A program made the position numbers and the translations under genes. This document shows, piece after piece, positions 38,333 through 48,383 of a stretch of DNA of 64,000 nt (its first letter is position 1; each line of letters opens with the position of its first letter). The stretch covers positions 2,927,992-2,991,991 of the forward strand of contig OZ220748.1 in the NCBI GenBank assembly GCA_965117035.1, in the 5' to 3' direction. Under the pieces are notes generated by a model, which ran no database searches, was not told the DNA's origin, and worked only from the letters and a program-made list of their open reading frames with translations. The DNA is from Dehalococcoidia bacterium (GTDB lineage Bacteria; Chloroflexota; Dehalococcoidia; Lucifugimonadales; CAZENU01).

Positions 38333-41300
38333 ATGAGCTGCGGAGCCCTCTGGATCAGCCGTCGTCTTGTCCTCCGCAGATCAGCCGCGCCTGTCTTCGC
38401 GTCCGCGCTGGCGATGCTGCTCACGCTGGCGTCGCTCGCGTGCGGCGCGGAACCTCCCACGCCCCAGCGCGAAACCCCGTCTCCGCCCGCGGGCGGCTCG
38501 CCAGGGAGCACGGAGCCCGGCACGGGCATCGAAGTGCAACCGAGGCCCGGGCCACAGCCTACGGTCACAGCGCTTCCCACCGCCACGCCCTATCCTACGG
38601 CGACCCCATTTCCGACGGCGGCGCCCGTGGCGGGGGCCGTCGCGACCCAGCCGCCGACGATCGCCGTGACGACGCCCGCGCCGGGCGCGGCGGCGACGCC
38701 CACCGCGACGGCGGCGGCGGTCGGACCGTCCGGCGCCCCAACCGGCTCCGCCCAATTCTCCTTCTCCCGGAAGACCGAGCTGACGCACCCGAAGGTAGGG
38801 ACCGCCCTCAACCAACTCATAGCCAGGGTCGAGGCCGGCGAGATATCCGCTGAGGAAGCCGCAAGCCAGGCCCCCATTCACCGAGAGGACTCGATAGGAG
38901 TGGCCATACATCTCTCAGGCAACGTGGACGACGTAGTTCGCTTCCTGGAAGCCAACGGCGCCTCCAACATATCTGCCAGGGACGACTATATCGAAGCGTA
39001 CGTGCCTGTCCTGCTGCTGGCCGAGACCTCTGAGCAGCCTGGAGTCGTCCGGGTGCGGCCCATTCAGCCTCCGGAAGAACCCCAGAGCGGGTCTGGGATT
39101 CCCGGCAACGGTCCCGGAGTGCACGGTTCGGCGGCCTGGAACCAGGCGGGGTTCACCGGCAAGGGCATCAAGGTGGGAGTGATCGACGGCGGTTTCGGCG
39201 GATTTGCAGACATCATGGGCACCGAGGTGCCCACAACTGTCCAAGCGAGGTGTTACCTGGGGTTGGGGGAACACTCCGACGACCTGGAGCACTGCGGGGG
39301 CAGTACTCACGGCACGGTCGTCGCAGAGTCGGTCATCGACATTGCCCCGGAGGTATCGCTGTACATCTCGGACCCCCAGTCGCCCGGAGACCTGAGGGAC
39401 GCGGTCGACTGGATGATCTCTCAGGGCGTATCGGTCATCAACCACTCGAGGACGTGGCTATTCGACGGTCCCGGCGATGGTACTTCCCCCGCCTCCGTCA
39501 GCCCGCTGAACACCGTGGACAGGGCCGTGGAAGCGGGGATCGTCTGGGTCAACGCGACGGGGAACTCAGCGCAGCGCGCCTGGTTCAAACGCGGTCCGTT
39601 TTCCTACACCACCATAACTGTCGATGGCCAGGACTTCAGAGTCCTCAACTTCGATGAGGCCAACTTCAGGAACAGGTTTCATGTGTGGGGCCCGCTCCAA
39701 CTGCGATGGGACGACACCTGGAGTGGGGCGACCAGAGACCTTGACCTTTTCCTGGCGAGCCCAGATGGCGGCGAGATCACGTTGGTCAGTATCGACCCTC
39801 AATCAGGAGAGGATGGGCACATTCCCTATGAACGGGTGGTCGCCTTCGCGAGCTACGACATCATGATCGCCCACCATAGCGGCAGCGAGCCAGGTTGGAT
39901 TCAGCTCCTGGCGTGGCAAGGAGAAGGGCTGGCATTCAACACCCCGGACGCCGGCAGCACCATCAACCCTGCGGAGAGCACCAGCTCGGGCATGCTCGCG
40001 GTGGGCGCGGCTCATTGGAACAACGTGACTTCCATACAGTCCTACAGCAGCCGGGGGCCAACTCCCGACGGCCGCACCAAGCCGGACGTGGTGGCGGCGG
40101 ATTGCGGGGAAACGGCCTCGGCTTCCCGTCCCTTCTGCGGGACCAGCCAGGCGGCCCCTCACGTTGCCGGCATGGCCGCCCTGGTACGCCATAGATTTCC
40201 CGGCTATACGCCGGCGCAGGTTGTCGCCTACCTGAAGGAGAACGCGGACCAACGGGTCAACAGCCCCGATCCCAACGACACCTGGGGGCACGGCTTCGTC
40301 GTGCTCCCATCGATCTCCCCGCAGCTATCGGGCTCTCCGACTATTACGTCGCTGACCGGCGGCGCGCGGTCCCTGACGGCGACGTGGTCGGCGCCGTCCA
40401 GTGACGGAGGCTCGGCCATAACAGCGTACGACCTGCGCCACATCCGCAGCGACGCCTCCAGCAAGGCCGATTCGAACTGGACGGTGGTGGAGGACGTCTG
40501 GACCGGCTCCGGTGCGCTGACCCACGTGCTGACAGGCCTCGCTGTCGGCGCCCGGTACGACGTCGAGGCGCGCGCCGTCACCGCCGCCGGCGACGGGCCC
40601 TGGTCCGCGACGATGTCAGGGGCAACCGCATCGACTGCACCGGGGGCGCCGACCGGACTGACGGCGGCCGCTAGCGGACAAACGCAGATCGATTTGTCGT
40701 GGAGCGCACCGTCGAACACAGGCGGCTCGCCGATCACCGGCTACCGCATCGAGGTGGCCGAAGACGGCTCGAGTTGGAGCGACCTCGTCGGCAATACGCG
40801 ATCGGCGGCCACGACGTACTCTCATACAGGGCTGATCGGTGGGAGCACCCGGCACTACCGGGTCTCGGCCATCAACTCGGTCGGGACAGGTACGGTGTCC
40901 AACGTCTCCTTCGCCACCACCGCCGCCGCACTCGCGCCCGAACTGGTGGTCGGCACGCCGACGGTGAGCGAGAGCGCTCCGACAGCGGGGGCGCGCTTCA
41001 CGCTGAGCGCCACGGTCCGCAACCAGGGCAGCGGCCGTTCGGACTCGACGACGCTGCGCTACTATCGCTCCACCGACCCGGCGATCACCACCGGTGACAC
41101 GGAGGTCGGCACGGACTTCGTGTCCCGGCTCGACGCATCTGCGAGCGGCGACGAGTCGATCAGCCTGACCGCTCCGTCTACGCCTGGCACGTACTACTAC
41201 GGCGCGTGCGTGGAAGCGGTGTCCGATGAGACCGACACGACCAACAACTGCTCCGTTGCGGTGACAGTGACGGTCGGGACCGCGCCTGCGTCTGACCTGG

Positions 41301-44300
41301 TGGTGGAAACGCCCACGGTCGACACCAGCGCTCCGACTGCGGGAGCGCGCTTCACGCTGAGCGCGACGGTGCGCAACCAGGGCAGTGGCCGTTCGGACTC
41401 GACCACGCTGCGCTACTACCAGTCGACCGACTCGACGATCACGACCGGCGACACGGAGGTCGGCACCGACTCGGTGTTCGGCCTTGGGGCTTCTGCGAGC
41501 GGCGACGAGTCGATCAGCCTGACGGCTCCGTCTACGGCGGGGACGTACTACTACGGCGCCTGCGTGGACGCCCTGTCAGACGAGACCGACACGACCAACA
41601 ACTGCTCCGTTGCCGTGACGGTGACGGTCGGAGCGGCTCCCGCGCCGGACCTGGTGGTGGACACGCCCACGGTCGATACCAGCGCTCCGACTGCGGGAGC
41701 GCGCTTCACGCTGAGCGCGACGGTGCGCAACCAGGGCAGCGGCGCGTCGGCGTTCACGACGCTGCGCTACTACCAGTCAACCGACTCGACGATCACGACC
41801 GGCGACACGGAGGTCGGCACGGACTCGGTGTTCCGCCTTGCGGCATCGGCGAGCGGCGACGAGTCGATCAGCCTGACGGCTCCTGCGACCGCGGGCACGT
41901 ACTACTACGGCGCGTGCGTGGACGCGGTGTCGGATGAGACCGACACGACGAACAACTGCTCGTCCGCGGTGACGGTGACCGTCGGAGCTGCGCCCGCGCC
42001 GGATCTCGTCGTGGACACGCCGACCGTCGATACCAGCGCACCTGTAGCGGGAGCACGCTTCACGCTGAGCGCCACGGTCCGCAACCAGGGCAGCGGCCGT
42101 TCGGACTCGACGACGCTGCGCTACTACCAGTCCACCGACCCGGCGATCACCACCGCAGACACGGAGGTGGGCACGGACTTCGTGTCCCGGCTTGACGCAT
42201 CTGCGAGCGGCGACGAGTCGATCAACGTGACGGCTCCTGCGGCCGCGGGCACGTACTACTACGGCGCGTGCGTGGAAGCGGTGCCCGATGAGTTGGACAC
42301 GACCAACAACTGCTCCGTTGCGGTGACGGTGACAGTCGGGGCCGCGCCTGCGCCTGACCTGGTGGTGGAAACGCCCACGGTCGACACCAGCGCACCTGTG
42401 GCGGGAGCGCGTTTCACGCTGAGCGCGACGGTGCGCAACCAGGGCAGCGGCGCGTCGGCGTTCACGACGCTGCGCTACTACCAGTCGACCGACTCGACGA
42501 TCACGACCGGCGACACGGAGGTCGGCACGGACTCGGTGTTCCGCCTGGCGGCATCTGCGAGCGGCGACGAGTCGATCAGCGTGACGGTTCCGTCGACTGC
42601 GGGGACGTACTACTACGGCGCGTGCGTGGAAGCGGTGTCGGATGAGACCGACACGACGAACAACTGCTCGTCCGCGGTGACGGTGACAGTCGGGGCCGCG
42701 CCGGCGCCGGACCTCGTCGTGGACACACCCACCGTCGACACCAGTGCACCTGTGGCCGGGGCGCGCTTCACGCTGAGGGCGACGGTACGCAACCAGGGCA
42801 GCGGCGCGTCGGGCTCGACCACGCTGCGCTACTACCGGTCGACCGACTCGACGATCACGACGGGCGACACGGAGGTCGGCACGGACTCGGTGTTCCGTCT
42901 TGCGGCATCGGCGAGCGGCGACGAGTCGATCAGCCTGACGGCTCCGTCGACTGCGGGGACGTACTACTACGGCGCGTGCGTGGAAGCGGTGTCCGATGAG
43001 TCGGACACGACCAACAACTGCTCCGTCGCCGTGACGATGACGGTCGGAGCCGCGCCCGCGCCTGACCTGTTGGTGGACACTCCCACGGTCGATACCAGCG
43101 CTCCGACTGCGGGGGCATCGTTCACGTTGAACGCCACAGTACGCAATCAGGGCAGCGCCCGTTCGGGCTCGACGACATTGCGTTACTACCGGTCAGCCGA
43201 CTCGACGATCACGACCGGCGACACGGCGGTCGGCACCGACTCGGTGTCCGGTCTTGCAGCGGCGGGGAGCGGCGACGAGTCGATCAGCCTGACCGCTCCG
43301 TCTACGCCTGGCACGTACTACTACGGCGCGTGCGTGGACGCGGTGTCCGATGAGACTGACACGACCAACAACTGCTCCGCCGGGGTGACGGTGACGGTCG
43401 GAGCGGCTCCCGCGCCCGACCTGGTGGTGGGCGCGCCCACGGTGGACGCCAGCGCACCTGTGGCGGGAGCGCGCTTCACGCTGAGCGCCACGGTGCGCAA
43501 CCAGGGCAGCGGCGCGTCGGACTCGACCACGCTGCGCTACTACCAGTCGACCGACTCTACGATCACCACCGGAGACACGGAGATCGGTACGGACACGGTG
43601 TTCCGGCTCGCCGCATCCGCGGAGGGGAGCGAGTCGATCAGCCTGACGGCTCCGTCGACTGCGGGGACGTTCTACTACGGCGCGTGCGTGGACGCGGTGT
43701 CCGAAGAGACCGACACGACGAACAACTGCTCCGTTGCGGTGACAGTGACGGTCGGGGCCGCGCCGGCGCCGGACCTCGTCGTGGACACACCCACCGTCGA
43801 CACCAGTGCACCTGTGGCCGGGGCGCGCTTCACGCTGAGGGCGACGGTACGCAACCAGGGCAGCGGCGCGTCGGGCTCGACCACGCTGCGCTACTACCGG
43901 TCGACCGACTCGACGATCACGACGGGCGACACGGCGGTCGGCACCGACTTGGTGTCCGGTCTTGCGGCATCGGCGCGCGGCGGCGAGTCGATCAGTCTGA
44001 CGGCTCCGTCGACGGCAGGCACGTACTACTACGGCGCGTGCGTGGAAGCGGTGTCCGATGAGCTAGACACGACCAACAACTGCTCCGTCGCCGTGACGAT
44101 GACGGTCGGAGCCGCGCCCGCGCCTGACCTGTTGGTGGACACTCCCACGGTCGATACCAGCGCTCCGACTGCGGGGGCATCGTTCACGTTGAACGCCACA
44201 GTACGCAATCAGGGCAGCGCCCGTTCGGGCTCGACGACATTGCGTTACTACCGGTCAGCCGACTCGACGATCACGACCGGCGACACGGCGGTCGGCACCG

Positions 44301-46846
44301 ACTCGGTGTCCGGTCTTGCAGCGGCGGGGAGCGGCGACGAGTCGACCAGCCTGACCGCTCCGTCTACGCCTGGCACGTACTACTACGGCGCGTGCGTGGA
44401 CGCGGTGTCCGATGAGACCGACACGACGAACAACTGCTCCGCTGCGGTGACGGTGACGGTCGGAGCCGCGCCCGCACCGGACCTCGTGGTAGGCATGCCC
44501 ACCGTGAGCGCCAGCAGCACGATCACCGGTGCGACCGTCACGCTGAGGGCGACCGTACGCAATCAGGGCAGTGGTCGTTCGGGTTCCACTACGCTGCGCT
44601 ACTATCGCTCCACCGACGCCACCATTACGAGCTCTGACACGCGGTTGCCGGGCAACTTCCATGTGAACGGTTTGAGTCCATCCGGGAGCAGCGCCCTGTG
44701 GACCAATCTTACTGCCCCGTCCACGGCTGGGACGTACTATTACGGCGCCTGCGTGGACTCGGTGACGGGTGAGAGCGACACGGCGAACAACTGCTCTGTC
44801 GCGGTAACTGTGACGGTCGGCGCTCCCGACCTCGTGGTCGACTCGCCTGCCGTCAGCGACAGCGCCCCGTTGGTCGGAGCCAGGTTCACGCTGAGCGCCA
44901 CGGTGCGCAACAAGGGCAACGTCCCGTCAGGCCCCACCGTATTGCGCTACTACCGTTCGGCCGATGCGACCATCACCGCCGGTGATACGCAGGTCGGCTC
45001 ATACGTCGGTGGTGTGAACCGTCTGAGTCCGGCCGGCGGCAGCGACCACTCGATCGGCCTTACTGCGCCGACCGAACCCGGTACCTACTACTACGGTGCG
45101 TGTGTGGACTCGGTGGCCGGTGAGAGCGACACAACCAACAACTGCTCGGCAGCGGTGACGGTGGCAGCGGCAGGCAGGCCTGACCTGATGATCGATATGC
45201 CCACTGTCAGCAATAGCAGTCCGGCCGCCGGGACATCTTACAGCCTGAGCGCCACTGTGCGTAACCGGGGCAGCGGGTCCTCTATGGCCACCACGCTGCG
45301 CTACTACCGGTCCACCGACTCGACCATCTCTACAAGCGACCGACAGGTGGGCTTTGACCAGGTGAGCGGACTGGGCGCCTCGAGCACCAGTACGCAGTCG
45401 ATCAGCTTGACCGCTCTTGCAGATCCCGGCACCTACTACTACGGGGCCTGCGTGGACTCGGTCGCCGGCGAAAGCGATATCACGAACAACTGCTCGACAG
45501 CCGTGACGATCACCGTCGTCGAGGCGTCCGGCCCGGATCTTGTAGCAGACACTCCTACGACCACCGACAGCCAGCCGACCGTGGGGACCTCCTTCAGGAT
45601 AGTCGTCTCGGTGCGCAACAGGGGCAATGCCACTTCGTCGTCCGCCACGCTGCGCTTCTATCGCTCGACCGACTCGAGCATCACAACCGGCGACGAACGG
45701 ATCGACTCCCGCAGCGTCGAGGGTCTCAGTCCATCGGAGACAACCTACCTGTACAGCGACCCACGAGCACCGTCCACACCCGGGACGTACTACTACGGGG
45801 CGTGCGTGGTTTCGGTGATCGGCGAGTCCGATACCGGAAACAACTGCTCATCCGCCCTGACCATAACGGCGGGCCAACCTGATCTCGTGGTCGACACTCC
45901 CACGGTCAGCGACAGCAGCGTGGCGGCGGGCGAGTCATTCACGCTGGACACCGCCGTTCGCAACCAGGGCAGCAGCGCGTCGGGCTTCACGACCCTGCGC
46001 TACTATCGCTCGGCCGACTCCACGATCACGAGCGCCGACACGGAGGTAGACTATGACCCCGTTGGACCGCTGAGTCCGTCGGGCAACAGTACCGAAAGGG
46101 GCGCATCGCTGGCGCCGTCCACACCCGGGACGTACTACTACGGGGCCTGCGTGGACTCCGTGACCGGCGAAAGCGACACCACGAACAACTGCTCGGCAGC
46201 GGTCGCGGTGACCGTTGGCGCCGGAACCGCTCCAGACCTCGTGGTCGGCACGCCCACCGTCAGCGACAGCACGCCGAGCGCCGGCACGTCCTTCACCCTG
46301 AACGCCACAGTGCGCAATAGCGGCGGCGGTCCGTCGAGCTTCACCACCCTACGGTACTACCGCTCGACAGACTCGACGATCACGAGCTCCGACACGTCGG
46401 TGGGCACCGACTCGGTGAGCGCCCTGAATGCGTCCGGGAGCAGCGCCGAGTCGATCAGCCTTACCGCGCCGGCAGATGCGGGGACGTACTACTACGGGGC
46501 CTGCGTGGACTCCGTGACCGGAGAGTCGAGCACTACGAACAACTGCTCGGCAGCCGTCACGGTGACCGTGAGTCAGCCCGACCTGACTCTCAACATTAGC
46601 GAATGTTTCGTGTTTCAGAACCAACATTTCGCCAGGTTCGAGGTAACGGCGCGCGTATCCGTGTCCTCTCTCGTGGTAAAGACATATGCAGTGGACAGCA
46701 GAGACAACAGCAAGCAGATCATCGCAACGACGAACGTCGGCGACCTCTCGGCAGGCGACTCTTACGAGAAGCTGACTTCGAGAGCCTTCCCGTCGAATAT
46801 GGTCCGCTGGCTCACCACCTGCGCGGTAGGTGCGACTTGGGAGTGA
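38333..46846 (+). CDS. giant exported protein (2837 aa): signal peptide, P/T/A linker, propeptide-like region, subtilisin S8 domain, 2 x FN3, 16 x CARDB-like repeats, unique C-terminal domain
   Basis: The catalytic triad contexts are KVGVIDGG (Asp codon 39185-39187), GSTHGTVVAE (His 39308-39310) and GTSQAAPHVAGMAAL (Ser 40145-40147). The FN3 units read LTATWSAPSSDGGSAITAYDL and IDLSWSAPSNTGGSPITGYRI. The CARDB units read PDLVV.TPTV..SAP.AGA.FTLSATVRNQGSG...TLRYY.S.D..IT..D...G...V..L....S..ESI.L.AP...GTYYYGACV....E.D..NNCS. Confidence 0.9.
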   Translation: MSCGALWISRRLVLRRSAAPVFASALAMLLTLASLACGAEPPTPQRETPSPPAGGSPGSTEPGTGIEVQPRPGPQPTVTALPTATPYPTATPFPTAAPVAGAVATQPPTIAVTTPAPGAAATPTATAAAVGPSGAPTGSAQFSFSRKTELTHPKVGTALNQLIARVEAGEISAEEAASQAPIHREDSIGVAIHLSGNVDDVVRFLEANGASNISARDDYIEAYVPVLLLAETSEQPGVVRVRPIQPPEEPQSGSGIPGNGPGVHGSAAWNQAGFTGKGIKVGVIDGGFGGFADIMGTEVPTTVQARCYLGLGEHSDDLEHCGGSTHGTVVAESVIDIAPEVSLYISDPQSPGDLRDAVDWMISQGVSVINHSRTWLFDGPGDGTSPASVSPLNTVDRAVEAGIVWVNATGNSAQRAWFKRGPFSYTTITVDGQDFRVLNFDEANFRNRFHVWGPLQLRWDDTWSGATRDLDLFLASPDGGEITLVSIDPQSGEDGHIPYERVVAFASYDIMIAHHSGSEPGWIQLLAWQGEGLAFNTPDAGSTINPAESTSSGMLAVGAAHWNNVTSIQSYSSRGPTPDGRTKPDVVAADCGETASASRPFCGTSQAAPHVAGMAALVRHRFPGYTPAQVVAYLKENADQRVNSPDPNDTWGHGFVVLPSISPQLSGSPTITSLTGGARSLTATWSAPSSDGGSAITAYDLRHIRSDASSKADSNWTVVEDVWTGSGALTHVLTGLAVGARYDVEARAVTAAGDGPWSATMSGATASTAPGAPTGLTAAASGQTQIDLSWSAPSNTGGSPITGYRIEVAEDGSSWSDLVGNTRSAATTYSHTGLIGGSTRHYRVSAINSVGTGTVSNVSFATTAAALAPELVVGTPTVSESAPTAGARFTLSATVRNQGSGRSDSTTLRYYRSTDPAITTGDTEVGTDFVSRLDASASGDESISLTAPSTPGTYYYGACVEAVSDETDTTNNCSVAVTVTVGTAPASDLVVETPTVDTSAPTAGARFTLSATVRNQGSGRSDSTTLRYYQSTDSTITTGDTEVGTDSVFGLGASASGDESISLTAPSTAGTYYYGACVDALSDETDTTNNCSVAVTVTVGAAPAPDLVVDTPTVDTSAPTAGARFTLSATVRNQGSGASAFTTLRYYQSTDSTITTGDTEVGTDSVFRLAASASGDESISLTAPATAGTYYYGACVDAVSDETDTTNNCSSAVTVTVGAAPAPDLVVDTPTVDTSAPVAGARFTLSATVRNQGSGRSDSTTLRYYQSTDPAITTADTEVGTDFVSRLDASASGDESINVTAPAAAGTYYYGACVEAVPDELDTTNNCSVAVTVTVGAAPAPDLVVETPTVDTSAPVAGARFTLSATVRNQGSGASAFTTLRYYQSTDSTITTGDTEVGTDSVFRLAASASGDESISVTVPSTAGTYYYGACVEAVSDETDTTNNCSSAVTVTVGAAPAPDLVVDTPTVDTSAPVAGARFTLRATVRNQGSGASGSTTLRYYRSTDSTITTGDTEVGTDSVFRLAASASGDESISLTAPSTAGTYYYGACVEAVSDESDTTNNCSVAVTMTVGAAPAPDLLVDTPTVDTSAPTAGASFTLNATVRNQGSARSGSTTLRYYRSADSTITTGDTAVGTDSVSGLAAAGSGDESISLTAPSTPGTYYYGACVDAVSDETDTTNNCSAGVTVTVGAAPAPDLVVGAPTVDASAPVAGARFTLSATVRNQGSGASDSTTLRYYQSTDSTITTGDTEIGTDTVFRLAASAEGSESISLTAPSTAGTFYYGACVDAVSEETDTTNNCSVAVTVTVGAAPAPDLVVDTPTVDTSAPVAGARFTLRATVRNQGSGASGSTTLRYYRSTDSTITTGDTAVGTDLVSGLAASARGGESISLTAPSTAGTYYYGACVEAVSDELDTTNNCSVAVTMTVGAAPAPDLLVDTPTVDTSAPTAGASFTLNATVRNQGSARSGSTTLRYYRSADSTITTGDTAVGTDSVSGLAAAGSGDESTSLTAPSTPGTYYYGACVDAVSDETDTTNNCSAAVTVTVGAAPAPDLVVGMPTVSASSTITGATVTLRATVRNQGSGRSGSTTLRYYRSTDATITSSDTRLPGNFHVNGLSPSGSSALWTNLTAPSTAGTYYYGACVDSVTGESDTANNCSVAVTVTVGAPDLVVDSPAVSDSAPLVGARFTLSATVRNKGNVPSGPTVLRYYRSADATITAGDTQVGSYVGGVNRLSPAGGSDHSIGLTAPTEPGTYYYGACVDSVAGESDTTNNCSAAVTVAAAGRPDLMIDMPTVSNSSPAAGTSYSLSATVRNRGSGSSMATTLRYYRSTDSTISTSDRQVGFDQVSGLGASSTSTQSISLTALADPGTYYYGACVDSVAGESDITNNCSTAVTITVVEASGPDLVADTPTTTDSQPTVGTSFRIVVSVRNRGNATSSSATLRFYRSTDSSITTGDERIDSRSVEGLSPSETTYLYSDPRAPSTPGTYYYGACVVSVIGESDTGNNCSSALTITAGQPDLVVDTPTVSDSSVAAGESFTLDTAVRNQGSSASGFTTLRYYRSADSTITSADTEVDYDPVGPLSPSGNSTERGASLAPSTPGTYYYGACVDSVTGESDTTNNCSAAVAVTVGAGTAPDLVVGTPTVSDSTPSAGTSFTLNATVRNSGGGPSSFTTLRYYRSTDSTITSSDTSVGTDSVSALNASGSSAESISLTAPADAGTYYYGACVDSVTGESSTTNNCSAAVTVTVSQPDLTLNISECFVFQNQHFARFEVTARVSVSSLVVKTYAVDSRDNSKQIIATTNVGDLSAGDSYEKLTSRAFPSNMVRWLTTCAVGATWE
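40937..46572 (+). repeat. coding tandem array: 16 CARDB-like units of ~354 nt (118 aa)
   Basis: The periodicity is visible in the protein and in the recurring ~69-aa antisense shadow ORFs in the track. Units 1-10 are very similar to each other and units 11-16 are more divergent. Confidence 0.9.
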
Positions 46847-46878
46847 CTTTCGGACCCGCGACAATCGATTCAGAGGGA

Positions 46879-47739
46879 ATGACGGAATTCTTCACAGGGA
46901 GGTACGACGTGAGGTATCTCGATGCTCTGCGCCGCGTTGCCGGCCGGCGGCTGTCACCGCTGGCCGGAGCGCTGGCCGTGACGACCCTCGTCGCGTGCGG
47001 CATCTTCCCGGTTGACGAGACGCCCGTTCCAACGCCCACCGCCGTTACCCAACAGCCCGCCCCGGCCGCAACGGCCCCGGCTGCTTCGACCGCCCAGTCG
47101 CCGACGGTGGCGGCAACCACCCCGGTCGCCCCGTCCGGGTCGGCGGCCACGCCCGCGCCCGCAGGGTCAGGTCTCTATCGCGCGGTCTGGACGAACGACG
47201 TCGACGACATGGAGAAGCTCATCGCCGGCGGAGCCGATGCGAACTCCAGGGGGCCGGATGGCGAGCCCCTTCTGTACGAGGCCATATGGCGAAACCATCG
47301 TGAAGTCGCAAGGATCCTGATCGACGCTGGCGCGGACGTCAACGCCAGCGACTCCGACGGCGATCCACTGCTGCTCGAAGCCATATGGAGGGATCATCCC
47401 GGCATTGCGCAGATCCTGATCGACGCTGGCGCGGACGTGGACGCCAGGGACTCCGACGGCAATCCGCTCCTGCTCGAAGCCATATGGAGAAATCATGCCG
47501 GCATCGTGCAGATCCTGGTCGACGCTGGCGTGGACGTGGACGCGAAGGACGCAGAGGGCGATCCTCTCCTGTACGAAGCTGTCTGGAGAAACCATGTCGA
47601 GGTCGCGAGGATTCTGGTAGGCTCGGGCGCGGACGTTAACGCCAGGAGGGCGAATGGCGAGTCTCTCCTCTACGAGGCGCGTTGGAGAGGACATGCGGCC
47701 ATCGAGCAGATCCTGGTCGATGCGGGCGCCCAGGAATAG
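46879..47739 (+). CDS. lipoprotein with P/T/A-rich linker and five ankyrin repeats
   Basis: The start is taken at ATG 46879 (MTEFFTG...). The lipobox is AVTTLVAC. There are five very regular 33-aa units: G.PLL.EAIWRNH..[IV]A.ILIDAGADV[ND]A.D. Confidence 0.8.
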   Translation: MTEFFTGRYDVRYLDALRRVAGRRLSPLAGALAVTTLVACGIFPVDETPVPTPTAVTQQPAPAATAPAASTAQSPTVAATTPVAPSGSAATPAPAGSGLYRAVWTNDVDDMEKLIAGGADANSRGPDGEPLLYEAIWRNHREVARILIDAGADVNASDSDGDPLLLEAIWRDHPGIAQILIDAGADVDARDSDGNPLLLEAIWRNHAGIVQILVDAGVDVDAKDAEGDPLLYEAVWRNHVEVARILVGSGADVNARRANGESLLYEARWRGHAAIEQILVDAGAQE

Positions 47740-47803
47740 GGACGTATTCATCGGAAGCGCCTGACTTGGGACAACCGCACGCTGGGCCATCATGAGGTGA
47801 CAT

Positions 47804-48325
47804 TTGGGCAGATACTGCACGAGCTGCGGGTCGCAAAACGACGACGCCGCGAAATTCTGCAGGGACTGTGGCAAGGCCATGTCCGGGTCGACGCCGGGTG
47901 CTGGGAGGTCGGAGTCGGCGTCTCCCAGTGGCACGGGCGATGGGATGACAATCGGATACTATCTCGAAGGGCTTCGGGAGTACTTCAACTTCGAGGGGCG
48001 TGCCAGTCGAGCGGAGTTCTGGTGGTTCACCCTGGTCCTTTACGCCATCCAAATTGGGATCGTTGTCCTCGACACGGTACTGGGCATGTTCTCTCCGGGA
48101 CTTCAGCTACTATCTACCGCCGTACTCTGGATACACGGATTGGCCACGTTTATCCCGCATTTGGCAGTAGGCGTCCGACGGCTGCACGACACGGGGAGGA
48201 GTGGTTGGTGGGTGCTGATCATCCTGGTACCGTTCATCGGTTGGATTCCGCTATTGATCTTCTTGGTTCTACCGACCGATCCGCGCCCGAACAGCTACGG
48301 CCGCGGGCCAGGCACTAGGTGGTGA
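47804..48325 (+). CDS. zinc-ribbon + DUF805 (YhaH/YhaI-like) membrane protein
   Basis: A TTG start with GAGGTGA upstream. The N-terminus is GRYCTSCGSQNDDAAKFCRDCGKAM. The DUF805-like core is FEGRASRAEFWWFTLVLY...VGVRRLHDTGRSGWWVLIILVPFIGWI. Confidence 0.75.
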   Translation: MGRYCTSCGSQNDDAAKFCRDCGKAMSGSTPGAGRSESASPSGTGDGMTIGYYLEGLREYFNFEGRASRAEFWWFTLVLYAIQIGIVVLDTVLGMFSPGLQLLSTAVLWIHGLATFIPHLAVGVRRLHDTGRSGWWVLIILVPFIGWIPLLIFLVLPTDPRPNSYGRGPGTRW

Positions 48326-48383
48326 CGCAGGGTCACAAAGCCAAGTCCCCGCCGGTGATCCCGAGTCTCGGAGGCTGAGTACG

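Noticed and set aside
41197-46347. Family of about a dozen near-identical 62-69-aa minus-strand ORFs (MVE.DAPLPWLRTVALSVKRAP... and MPPQSERWYRPWECPP...)
   Set aside because: They recur with the 354-nt period of the CARDB repeats and are antisense shadows of the giant gene. They are not a small-protein gene family.
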